The position numbers and the translations under genes are program-made. A model generated the notes under the pieces. It saw only the letters and a list, made by a program, of their open reading frames with translations. It ran no database searches and was not told the DNA's origin. From positions 5,332,001 through 5,396,000 of the forward strand of contig NC_043026.1 in the NCBI RefSeq assembly GCF_006345805.1: a stretch of 64,000 nt of DNA, in the 5' to 3' direction. This DNA is from Octopus sinensis (Eukaryota). Below are positions 35,501 through 45,720 of this stretch, in pieces. Position 1 is the stretch's first letter. Each line of letters starts with the position of its first letter.

Positions 35501-37795
35501 GTAAGTTACCAAACGAGAAATATATATGAATGTGTGGCTTCTTTATCAAACAATCAACTGGTTTTTAGTGAAGAGGGAGATGTAAGACATTTGCATTTTG
35601 TTGATATTGATGAAATACATTCGAGTGTGAAGGAAATAAAAAAAATAGACATACCTGAACCATTAATAAGAAGAGAAGATGGAGATTATTCTGATAAAAT
35701 CCAGGATATTAAAGTTACTGATGAAGATGTCATCATTGTCTTAAACAAAAGATTCATCATTTTCTTCAACAGTGGTGGTCAATATTTACATTCAGTCAGA
35801 CGCTACATGGATTGTTTTTTTGGTGATGACAGGATGACAATTGATGACAGTTTTTTGTACATTTATGGTCAGTGGGAGAAATGTTTTGGTTTATCTGGAT
35901 ATGGAAACATTTTGTGTTTGACCCAGAATGGGGAATACAAGAGAATATTTTTAAATGAAAAAATTTATAAAGATAGAGTAGAATTCTCCAGTATAGACTG
36001 TAAAGGACCAAGGTTTGTTGGAAGCCCCAGGCGGGGAAAAAGGAATGAATTGTATGTTGAAGGGTTGTTTATGGTGAATCGAGACAGCTTCCCGGTTGCT
36101 CGTTTACAAACAGACGAATGTCCTGTTCAAGTAAAAGATTTTGATGTCTCTGAGGAAGGAAAGACAGTTGTGTGTGAAAAAGCCAATAATGGAATTGTTA
36201 AAATATTCGATGAAGACGGCCAGTTGCTATGTCACAGAAATGTTGCAAGTTTAGTTGGTGGTGTGTGTTTTACAAAAGAATCACACATAATGGCCACGGT
36301 TCCTAAAAGGAAAGAAATATTTCAACTGAATGGAAAAGATTTGCAGACATCTCAAGTTTGGTCGAGTCTCATCCCTTATGGTGTAATATGGAGAAAAGTG
36401 GCGGGTATTTACTGGTGTGTACATAATGAATTGATTGAATGTCATTGCATAAAGATTGATGGGGACCAAGTGAACATTCTGGAATCTGTGTCATCATTAA
36501 ATCTTGATTCTGGTCTTCGTTTCCCTTCCATTACATCTGAAACGAACAAGGAAATATTCAGTAATGAATTAATTAATAAATTGGAATTCATAGGAGGAGA
36601 TGGAGATGGAGGAGGAAGAAGAAGAGGTAAATCAGGTGAAATAATTGGTAAAGGTAGATTAAAGGTGAGATGTGGTAATTACATAGCGGAGATTAATAAT
36701 TCAGGAATTGATGAAATATCAGTGAGGAGACTTCCATATAGGACAGCAATGGTCCCTTTTTCCATTCCTGCATTCGAGGAACCTGTTGATTATAATTTGT
36801 TGGACATTAGGAACCGGAACAGTAAACTAATTAAGTTAGATGAGAATGTGAGTGTGTTGATGTTTCGAGAAAGTGTCACATTAATCAGAACAACAACAAC
36901 AACAGTGGACATACTTCAACATGAACAACAACAACGACCAGCACTGGACATATGTCGGTGGACAGAGGAATGTTTCATTGTCGCCTTTGGGAGAGAAATG
37001 AGGGTCTTCAACCGGGATCTCCGTCGTTTAAAAACCATCACAACTGAGAAATACTACAACAGGATTTATAAATACAACGACAATCAACTCGTGTGTGGTG
37101 GTCATTATATTAGAGACATAACACAAGAAGAGAGACACAAGAAATACCGAAGAATATGGAAGAACAACAAGGATTACTATTATTGCATTGACTCCGACAT
37201 CTTTGACCCTTATTATGTGGATGTGGTTGATATCAAAGATGGGAAATGTAAAGATGAAGTGTGTGATGGGAAGATGAGAAGATGGGGAAGGTTTGAGGGA
37301 TATGAAGGGGTGGTGGATGGTGTGGGAGTCACATCTTTTGGTGATGTTGTTGTTTTGAGGAGGGAGATGGAGGAGGATGAGGATAAGAATAGATGGGGGG
37401 ATATGATGAACATGTTAGGAGTGAGGGAAGTTTTTTGTTTAGTGGAATGGTTCAGGGAAAAGTCTTTGGTGAGGAGGATAAGAATAGCAGAAGAAAGGGT
37501 TTTTGGTCTGGAATATTATTATACTGCAAGACCTCGTCTGACCATAATTGGTGAATGTGTTTATATAACAGATTTCATAAACAATATTTACGAAATACCT
37601 CGACATATTGAAGAGGAAACATCTGAAGATGATGAAATCCTGAGATTAGAAGATAATCCAAAATATTTACTCCTCAGAGGGGATGATAATGAAGTCTTTG
37701 AAGTTCTTGGTTTGGATGTTTCAGACAATTCTTTGATGGTTTTTGGAATTATTCCTGGACGTCAATCTTTTGCTTTCTTTTATTTTGACAAATAA
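32582..37795 (+). CDS. Intronless 1737-aa ORF: six tandem NHL/TolB-like beta-propeller modules (mollusc TRIM-like C-terminal domain type), uncharacterised
   Basis: A 5.2 kb stop-free frame in otherwise ORF-poor DNA. An equivalent blade motif recurs at aa 58 (DFTRISEDTVLATLP), 311 (FCCRIDANRFLV), 577 (DICRWDSNHIGVTLP), 939 (KICRWQSNTLVIA), 1227 (GVCFTKESHIMATVP) and 1456 (DICRWTEECFIVAF). NHL-like blades include PSDIAVGAQNKLLVS, HPHIAVFQGTLYVPDSQLNRVLLY and EICNLSNGQLVVSD. The listed start is GTG; the first ATG (32687) is in weak context. Confidence 0.88.
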   Translation: MTREVEIEESGEDLSNPISNIVVIQGGIVTYSRHFMTICCITRDGKRNDVRCSSSVTDFTRISEDTVLATLPFRKMILIINPLSLRIKRIQLGLILVSYLEHSTLIGVEMFGQTIYVIDWEENRIKYEFITKETPSDIAVGAQNKLLVSFSNINRVTCYNVDGQQLFEVDTNSLDIPSHISVYQNHFYVLQGHIIYRISGTGAVTTREIGMKCRHISVGRENIFVTDYFDVLHIIGTNEDFWPRQSYKPQLWTPTLNNYIYIEDCYNITNILPMSTSSILIIYKNKKAKLFTDNGEIINQNNSVFLELPSFCCRIDANRFLVFYCEMKGFQYITCPELKKGPLIKVQTGYMKICHVVSNKCLAVTTTKNKIEVHILLINEDKVDIAERISLGHHNVSIAATPINFVVVDGNENKMVFYSTCGEELFQKYLPFYGHPHHIYSDNVYFYVLFRRHSILRCYDLYGQMKWQWELPFPVHPHIAVFQGTLYVPDSQLNRVLLYKYQDRSSGCLLPIKNPYIRNLNLRLKEKENDQKLVIGEICNLSNGQLVVSDIKHDCLLYISEEGDIVSRLSLPSTATDICRWDSNHIGVTLPLQKQLRVIGNLSKTVRSVKLRQPYVRVCKMGECEIVSYCDKPSHLDILAINYYNQVEVIKTINIPVFVKSLSIDKKTEKLLIVTRGKAFQYNTRIGGGGGHGSDISTRSILNMICSDSVSDIEAIFKDISGGVHGRAHHQSGGSDGSISSRDGSISCSDGSISSGDGSISSSDGMVSSDSESETEAFFKHINGGGQGGRQMVPSVLMSQVKRPLSLQGGSIDQTSVYLIDRSRMFAINDQNLLVNDLVTNNQLNYYIDLVDVFSRHISLSEMLSSTLYLQDLTVSDKAKHIPPPKHLGDKEPARIDRLVLTENNLIAGWDWVNGNIKIFTLDGQLLDSIKVNVYRHIKICRWQSNTLVIASWDFLEDKYQLQTLKVEFPLSLVSYQTRNIYECVASLSNNQLVFSEEGDVRHLHFVDIDEIHSSVKEIKKIDIPEPLIRREDGDYSDKIQDIKVTDEDVIIVLNKRFIIFFNSGGQYLHSVRRYMDCFFGDDRMTIDDSFLYIYGQWEKCFGLSGYGNILCLTQNGEYKRIFLNEKIYKDRVEFSSIDCKGPRFVGSPRRGKRNELYVEGLFMVNRDSFPVARLQTDECPVQVKDFDVSEEGKTVVCEKANNGIVKIFDEDGQLLCHRNVASLVGGVCFTKESHIMATVPKRKEIFQLNGKDLQTSQVWSSLIPYGVIWRKVAGIYWCVHNELIECHCIKIDGDQVNILESVSSLNLDSGLRFPSITSETNKEIFSNELINKLEFIGGDGDGGGRRRGKSGEIIGKGRLKVRCGNYIAEINNSGIDEISVRRLPYRTAMVPFSIPAFEEPVDYNLLDIRNRNSKLIKLDENVSVLMFRESVTLIRTTTTTVDILQHEQQQRPALDICRWTEECFIVAFGREMRVFNRDLRRLKTITTEKYYNRIYKYNDNQLVCGGHYIRDITQEERHKKYRRIWKNNKDYYYCIDSDIFDPYYVDVVDIKDGKCKDEVCDGKMRRWGRFEGYEGVVDGVGVTSFGDVVVLRREMEEDEDKNRWGDMMNMLGVREVFCLVEWFREKSLVRRIRIAEERVFGLEYYYTARPRLTIIGECVYITDFINNIYEIPRHIEEETSEDDEILRLEDNPKYLLLRGDDNEVFEVLGLDVSDNSLMVFGIIPGRQSFAFFYFDK
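34699..34945 (+). repeat. In-frame coding repeat: 61-bp direct repeats flanking 4+ copies of a 21-bp unit (DGSISSx)
   Basis: 34699-34759 resembles 34885-34945 (SDSVSDIEAIFKDISGG vs SDSESETEAFFKHINGG; offset 186 nt). The 21-bp units start at 34787, 34808, 34829, 34850 and partially 34871. Confidence 0.9.
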
Positions 37796-37796
37796 A
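37791..37796 (+). promoter_or_regulatory. AATAAA overlapping the stop codon (possible polyadenylation signal)
   Basis: GAC AAA TAA A places AATAAA at 37791-37796. The hexamer is common in AT-rich DNA, so support is weak. Confidence 0.25.
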
Positions 37797-37821
37797 TATT
37801 TCCAGAAATATTAAACTTCAA

Positions 37822-37912
37822 TCTTCTTCTTCTTCTTCTTCTTCTTCTTGTAAATAGCTTCGCCCGGGAATCGAACTTGCATCGCATACATTGCATTCTA
37901 CACACTAACACT
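37822..37912 (-). mobile_element. Short tRNA-derived retroposed unit with an (AAG)n tail
   Basis: Minus strand ...GCAAGTTCGATTCCCGGGCGAAGC (B box/T-arm) followed by about 9 AAG repeats (37822-37849). The 5' half is degenerate. Confidence 0.5.
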
Positions 37913-38999
37913 TATTGTTGTAACATTCCTCAACACTCTCTCTTTGTGTGTGTGTGTATATTTATATACAGTATATGTACATGCGTTTATATATATATAC
38001 ACACATATTTAGGAATGTATGTATAGAAATAAGGCTAGAAGTATGTATGTTTGTGTGTGTGTGTATATATATATATACGCATGCATGTATGTATAGGAAT
38101 GTCTTGTCCGAAACCAGAGACTTTCATAATCGTTGATTCTCCATTAAAAGACAGACGACCAACAAACAACAACAAAAACAGCAGACGACCACCGCCACCG
38201 CTTCCATCATCGTCATCAGCGTTGTGTGTGCGTGTGTGCAGTCTGCATCTGACAGTTTTTAACGTTTAATAAGAATAGATTGTTGTTGTTGTTGTTGCAG
38301 TGACATTCCAACTGCACACACGCACAAACATTGCCTTTCGTCCTCGTAGGGTTGTTGTTGTTGTTGTTGTTGCTGTTGGGGGTTCATAAAAAAAGAGAAG
38401 GACACTTTAAGAAGCATTCAGTAAAAGCTTTCCCATAGCTGGTCATTTTTCATGCTAGAAATAGAAACCACTTTACTTTTCATATAAAATTTGAAGGACA
38501 GATAAGAAGCATTCATAAATAAAATTGACCTGTATATGGTCTCATTTCATGCTAGAAAGAGCCACAAAAACCTTCACATTTTTATTTCATCACTAATAAA
38601 AATCGAAGGACAATTTACAAAGTATTCACGTCAAATATTGTCCTATAGATGGCCTAACATCGTGCTAGAAATAACAGCCAAATACTCTGAAATTTGCATC
38701 GTTTTTCATCAAAAAAGTGAAGGACACTTTAAGAAGCAACTCTAAAAATATTGTCCCGTGGCAGTTTAAGTGTAAAATATTATAAAAGTATGCATCTATG
38801 AGTTTTGTGTTTAAAAAACATAGCAAAGACATGTGTGTATATGTAGGTATATATAAATATACATGTGTATAAAGGTTCCTTGATGATGTATATGCTTCTT
38901 CCCTAATAACTTGCAGAAAAATGGATATTTTTCATGGAATTTCTTACAAATATGCTTCTGTGTGTGTGTGTGTGTGTTGTGTGTGTGTGTATGCATGGT

Positions 39000-39780
39000 G
39001 TGCTATTCTTACTGCACCTTCCCTCCTCCATTTTCTTGGACGTTTTTCTTTTCTGGTTATCGTTTGTGCCCTTCCGTCTTTTCCTTCCTTTCCCTGTGAC
39101 TCTTTCACATGCCTGTCCCTCCTTATTTCTCTCATTTTCCTTAGCTGAATAGGGGACGGGTATTTCTTCTGCAGGTATTTGTTTTACTGTTGGCGCTGTT
39201 AACAGTGTTGCCATTATTTTTTTTTGGGGGGGGGTTCCCTGTTGCTGCTGCTGCTGTGCATTCTGCTTGACATTATGCAGTTGTTTCCATTCCAGTCGAT
39301 GTTGTAGCTGCAGCTGCTGCCGGCGCTGTTGTGGTTTTTGTGAATGTTCTTATGTCCAATTGTCTCTGTTGCTGCCCTTCTTGTGGTGTCTGTTGTTATT
39401 GTGGTTGCAGTGGTGTTAATGGTTGCTGTGGATCATTTTTTTCCCCTTTTCTTCTTTCCCTCAGACTATAGACTCTGACCTGGCCTGAATCACCACAGAA
39501 GTAACATTGTGGCCTTCTTCCTTCCACGATTACCTGAAGATGCTTGTCTCCAGGGATTTCTATTATGTCGGGAATTTTCTCTATAGTTTCTGGTTTTACT
39601 TGCAGTAGAATTTCTGACCCTGTCCCACCCTAGTTCATCCTTTTGGATTTTTTTTCATTTCTAGGAGGCTTCTAGAATCTTCCAGCACCACGGTTTTCAC
39701 TACCCACCAGAAATCGATTTCTGGTGGTATTTTACTTATATTTATTTGGATCACTCTCTGTCCCAGATAAATAGCAATTA
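39000..39780 (-). mobile_element. L1/Tx1-type ORF1 (gag-like zinc knuckle) remnant
   Basis: Minus-strand VKPETIEKIPDIIEIPGDKHLQVIVEGRRPQCYFCGDSGQ (CxxCGxxGH-like) followed by Q/T/A-rich low-complexity sequence with stops. Confidence 0.6.
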
Positions 39781-39899
39781 AAGAGAACTCTTCCATTTTT
39801 AATGTACAGTTGAATGTTTATGTGTTAGTGATTCCCACTGGAATATGACCTTGATGTAGCCAAACTTTGGGGCATGGCAGACAAAGCTGATATCTCCCC

Positions 39900-41315
39900 A
39901 TATATTTTTCAGGCACAGCTCGGCTTGCTCTGATGGTATTTTTTCCATGCTGAGTGATACCCAGCATGGTTTCTGACAAGGTAAGAGCTGCCTGACCCAG
40001 CTCTTACAACATTATGACTGGGTGTTGAGGCAGTTACTCAACAAATCAAATGTGGACGTAATCTACCTTGATTTTGCAAAAGCTTTTGACAAGGTGGATC
40101 ATGGTATGATATGCCACAAACTGCGTGACCTCAGCATAGCTGGAAAACTTGGAGTGTGGTTACATGACTTCCTGAAAGATAGGAGTCAGGCAGTAGTGGT
40201 TAATGGAGCCACCTCTATGAACACACAAATAGTGAGCGATGTTCCACAGGGCACTGTCTTGGGACAACTGCTTTTTATAGTAGCCCCTCTCAGATATGCC
40301 CTCAAATGCCCGGATAGCCACACTGGCAAGCTATGCAGAGACGATACGAAAGTCTCGCAGAATATACAGAACCCAGCGATGTTGCACACCTGCAGCAGGA
40401 GTTGGACTCAATCTACAGATGGGCTGAGAATAATAATATGCAGTTTAATGCTGAAAAATTCCAGGCCCTGCACTACCAGCATCCAAAACTGAATATTAAA
40501 CTTACAGGATACACCGGTCCACAGAGAATTTCAATTCCAGAGCCTAAGTCTGTGAGGGACCTGGGTATCGACATGCGTGAGGATACCTCTTTCCAAGTGC
40601 ACATTACCAGGATGGCGATAAGTGCAGATGACTGGCTGGATGGATCCTAAGAACATTCAGAACCAGAGATAAGGAAATCATGATGGTTCTCTGGCGACAT
40701 TCGTCCTCAGCTGCCTGGATTACTGCTCACAGCTATGGTCACCCACCAGAGTAAAATTAACAGCGGACCTTGAAGCAATCCAGAGAAGATTCACAAAGAA
40801 GATCATCTCTTTGCAACAGCTCAGCTACTGGGAAAGGTTGGCACAGCAAAGACTCTACTCCCTGGAGAGAAGACGGGAGAGGTATGCAATAATATATATC
40901 CGTAAGATCCTGGAAGGAATTGTGCCAAAATTTGGCATTGTAAGCTACACCATGCCAGAAGGGGCCAATACTACATAGTGCCAAAGATCCCAGCAATGCC
41001 ATCGCACTTCAGGACCTGTTACTGCAATAGCCTGGGCTTCAGGGACCCACAGCTTTTTAATATTCTCCCAAAGAGCCTGAGGAACCTGCACAAAGTGGAT
41101 GTAGGGGTTTTAAAATCAAAGCTGGACCTCTTCCTGTCAAGAGTCCCAGATGAACCTACCTCACGGCAAGAGGTGCAAATGAGGATAAGCAACATCAAAC
41201 TCCATTCTTCACCATGGGCCACATATTAGAGGAGACTCTCAGTAAAAACAGAGTAGCAAATGGCAGTGCTCCAGCATGGTCACAACATGAGCTGAAACTA
41301 CAAGAACAAAAAGAA
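39900..41315 (+). mobile_element. CR1-like LINE, 3' half (RT and C-terminus), frameshifted
   Basis: VDVIYLDFAKAFDKVDHG, VPQGTVLGQLLF, DDTK, FNAEKFQAL, RDLGI, YSLERRRERYAII and KSKLDLFLSRVPDEPT. The 3' tail lies at 41262-41315. Confidence 0.9.
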
Positions 41316-41335
41316 AAAATATGCATGTATGTATG

Positions 41336-41390
<55 letters not shown>

Positions 41391-42562
41391 TTGTATATAT
41401 ATATATATATTTGGATATATATATATATACAAATATTAATTCAATTTAATGAGATTAATCGATATGCGGGTATTCTATTTCAGATAATACAAAAATAACC
41501 TAATGAAATACAATTTTTCAATTGGAAATTTTCAAAAGGTTTGTGACTGATTTCCAACATTTTCGGTTCTCATGTTTTCTTGACAAAGATTTACACTACA
41601 GTGAAATGCAGGGTAAATATAATCTTCACAGCTATTAGTAAATGTGTATTAACCCATAATTTCTCAATCTGATGAGTGTGAGTGAGGAAAATTTCTAAGT
41701 GCAATTTTTCATTTCACAATTCTTAAAATATTTGCTGATTATTTCAAACATTTACAGTCCTCGTCTTTTCTGATAAATCGATACATGCCTCTTGACCTTA
41801 CAAGGTCAGCAAGTCCTCAGTGTGCTGCCACTACCTCATACATCGGCACATGAGTGCCCTCACCTTCGCTGTCATTGTTGCACTCCGCCTTGCACCCAGG
41901 CAGCCACCATGCTTGCTCATACACTCATTCATGCTTGCCTGCTCCTCACCATCATATGCACCGCTGACAGCATCTCTGGTCATTCATCATTTTTCACATT
42001 CAGACTCCTCCTCACCTTCGCCTTGATGTCATGGCTATGACCTCATCCGCTGCCACAGCTGTGAAGACTACACCTCTGCCTTGCTTCTAGACCAACAATA
42101 TCATCATTGTGTCCCCCAATGCATTCCCATGACCACCTCCATCAGTTGGCATGCTATGGAAGCTTGCAATCTGTTGCTGCCCTTCTGGCTGATTTCGTAC
42201 TGGGGACACTGTTGCTCATGCTTATGCGCTCTATGATCAACCACCTGCTTCTCTTTACTTCCTCCTCACTGACCCTCGACCTTGACTCAACATCCCCTCC
42301 ATGCTGGGCACCACCAGCGACCATTGTCAACACCTCACCACTTCCATATATGCTCACTGCTCCGGTTTTGTCGTTTTCTGTTGTTGAGGACCCGGTCAGG
42401 TTATGCTACTGATCTTGTGTTGCATTGCCACGGATGCAGCAGAAAGGCAAGAAGTAAAAAGAATATAAATGTGATATTATATCCCAGGATTCATGAAGCT
42501 TCCAGTCGTTGTGATACGTGCACCAGAAAATAAATAAAACAAGAAGAAAAAACACATTATTT

Positions 42563-43120
42563 ATAATAATAATAATAATAATGAAATTATTGTATACAGT
42601 GCTCAGGTGCACCACAACTTGTCAAAAGTGCATACAAAGCATATGCAGTAATGTACAAATGTCTGGAAAGCGAACAGTATATGAGTCAGATACATGCTTG
42701 CACGTGTATGGAGGGGAGAAAATCAGGTGTAGTGTTGGCGAATCTCAGGAAGCATGGAAGTTTTGAAGGATGCAGTGCTCCGACAACTAACAACTGATGT
42801 CGGCAGTTTGTTCCATGCTTCAGCAACTCTTAGCGTGAAAAAATGTTTCCGAAAGTCATGGGAGCTGTGCTGTTTTCTGACTTTGTAAACATGTCCACGG
42901 GTGTTAGACAGGTGGAGTTTGAAAAGGTGCTCAGAGTTATAAATACATTCACACAAATGAAAGAAAACAACAGTGTCCCAGTGCAGCATAACTGAAAAAA
43001 TTCTTGCAGGAACAAATGGACTTCATAACAAGAGGTAAATGACACTGGATAGTTATTGCTGTTCGTAACAGTAAAGCAGAAGCTAAAACTGTGGCTACTA
43101 TTACTTGCACATCCCAAGGT
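42563..43120 (-). mobile_element. CR1/L2-like LINE 3' terminal fragment with a (TAA)n tail
   Basis: Minus-strand TRGHVYKVRKQHSSHDFRKHFFTLRVAEAWNKLP.SVV...FK. An (AAT)n tract lies at 42563-42581. Confidence 0.85.
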
Positions 43121-44690
43121 TCTCTTATGACTTAACTATTTATAGAGAAGACTGGTGACCAAAATAGGAGTTAGCAATGTATCAGCCCCAACAGGGGCCA
43201 GACAAAAGTGGTGGCGATGGTGGAGGAGCACATAAAGGTTATAACCCTCAAGTCCACTCTCTAGCAGAATCATTCACCCATGACAGCGGGTGAATAAATT
43301 AATTGGGTTTAAAAGACTGTGTTCATTGAGGAGAATCTTTTGGTGAAAACCTTGTTAAAAAGTATCAGCAAGGAGAAAAGTTGTGACTTTAAGTAATGAA
43401 ATATGGTAAGTAACACCCAAGATTGACTTTGAATCAAAATATATCAACTAATATTGAAGAAAATTATACAACAGTTGTGTTCAAATGAATCATCAAAAAA
43501 TATTAGCATCAAAAAAGTGGTGTATCTTTAACTGACAAAAATAAAGGTGATTGTTTACACAAATGAAAATATTTTGGTCATTTTAAGATATTTAACATTA
43601 TAAAAGTTGGTATCAGATGTAATAGTTCACGTAGCTTAATGGTACAGTATGCTTAACTGTTTTTTAAATGATACGGTTTCTCTGTAGTGGCTTGGTATAA
43701 AGTTTTCTGTTTTCATTTTCTAAGAGTATTTTATCGATCTTAGCTGTTTTCACTTCTCCACTGCATTCGAGATTTCTTTTCTAGATTTTTCTAAAATTTT
43801 TCTGGAACAACTGAATAACAACATCAGGTTTAGTGAGAAAAATTACATCAGTATATCAAATTTAAACATTTTCACTCAATTTAAAAATGTTTTAAAAGTG
43901 AAAACCAACCAGAAAAGAATTTCACTTGTTCCAGAAAAATTTTAGAGAAATGTTAAAGAGGTTTAAAGTTTGATTATTCTTAATCAGAAAACAGAATTTA
44001 GAAATCGATAAGTTGTAAGAAGTTTTGAAATTTGAATAAGTTTAAATGAATCAAGTCAAGCGAAACACTGGAGAAGGAAAAATTATCCATAAATTTTTTT
44101 TGGAAAAATTACAGGAAAACAAACAGGTACAGATGCATTTTATGTGGTAGCAGCAGCCAGAAGCCTGCAAGATGAAGAACACTCAGCTGGAGAGGGACGC
44201 AGGGGACACGCCTGTATGCAAGGACAACCATGCTTTAACTTGGTTTGACATGTCCTCTCATACAATCAGGGTTCCAGTTCCTCTGCCAGAGTTCTCTTTC
44301 TGCTGGGTCAGCTCTTCTTTTGCCCCTCACTAATCCAACAGTGAATAGCATCTTGTGATTTTGGTTAATACAACTGCTTCCCTTACTTTGTGCAGTCCTT
44401 TACAAACAACAAACCAAATAACACACTCTCCTGCTTTAATAAAGGTGAAGGGTAAAGAGCCCCTTTGGTATTGCACCTAGAAAGTTGCCCTCCGGGGCAC
44501 AAAGTCCAGGCAGGATGGTTTTATGCATACCAGTCCCTCCTCTCCATAGGGCAAAGAAGGGTAAAGAGCCCCTTTGGTCATGAATGACTAAGGGATTACG
44601 GTAGAATTAACAAATTTGATGTCATACAAACACAGAGGCATTGCGCACCATATTGCAGTACTGCACACATACCCGGGGTGGGGCTGCTGT

Positions 44691-44729
<39 letters not shown>

Positions 44730-44760
44730 CTGTGTGAGCAACGTTGAAATATGATCTAGG

Positions 44761-44796
<36 letters not shown>

Positions 44797-45157
44797 CAGC
44801 AGAAGTGTTCCAAATATGTAAACAGTTCCATAATGGGGCCTAGCGAGTGTGTTTGTGTGTGTATGTTTATGTGTGTGTGTGTTTGTGTGTGTGTGTATTT
44901 GTGTGTGTGTGTGTTTATGTGTGTGTGATTGTGCAACAGCAGACCTGTTCCAGGTATGCTAGTAGCCCATCCATTCTCCCTGGCTGCCCCCTCATGGGGC
45001 CAATGTCAATGTCTGCTGCACTCAAGTCTGGGAACCTGATTGACAGGAATGAAAGGCCAGCTTCTTACACTTTATTCGAAGATATCGATCTTCTTTGGTT
45101 GGGTTTTTTATCTTTTTTTTTTCCATAATCTTAAACAGAAAGTGGTGTACAAATGCA

Positions 45158-45198
<41 letters not shown>

Positions 45199-45294
45199 CA
45201 GCAACACATGCCGGATGGCACCAAAATTTGGTCATAAACAGAAACAGGTACTCACATCTGCAAATGTCTGGAAGGAGGTGCATCCTGGAAAAAG

Positions 45295-45341
45295 AAATAA
45301 TGATAATAATAATAATAATAATAATAATAACGATGATGATG

Positions 45342-45430
<89 letters not shown>

Positions 45431-45659
45431 GTGATGATCCCTAAAGATCTGAACAGAAGGATAGAGGAAATAGGCATAAAACCCAGTTTCGTACAGCTGC
45501 AGAAAACAGGGACAGCTAGGATACTTAGGAGGGTTCTTGGCATCTAAGGTTACTTGTTGTAATACTTTAGGGGGGTTCTTGGCATTTCAGGCAACTTGTT
45601 GGAGCACGATGTTAGGATTCTTTTCTTTTCCAACAGTCTAAGCTGTTGAGTGTATAACA

Positions 45660-45703
<44 letters not shown>

Positions 45704-45720
45704 TAATAATAATAATAATA
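45295..45720 (+). mobile_element. R4/Dong-like (REL endonuclease) LINE extreme 3' end within (AAT)n/(ATG)n arrays
   Basis: GIKPSFVQLQK..TGTARILRRVLGI* resembles the LQK..LLGTARILR.VL terminus. It is flanked by (AAT)n 45295-45330, (ATG)n 45330-45437 and (AAT)n 45660-45720. Confidence 0.6.

Noticed and set aside
41750-42420. GC-richer block with several overlapping 67-101 aa ORFs
   Set aside because: There is no identifiable domain. It is probably an unclassified repeat fragment and cannot be supported as a gene.
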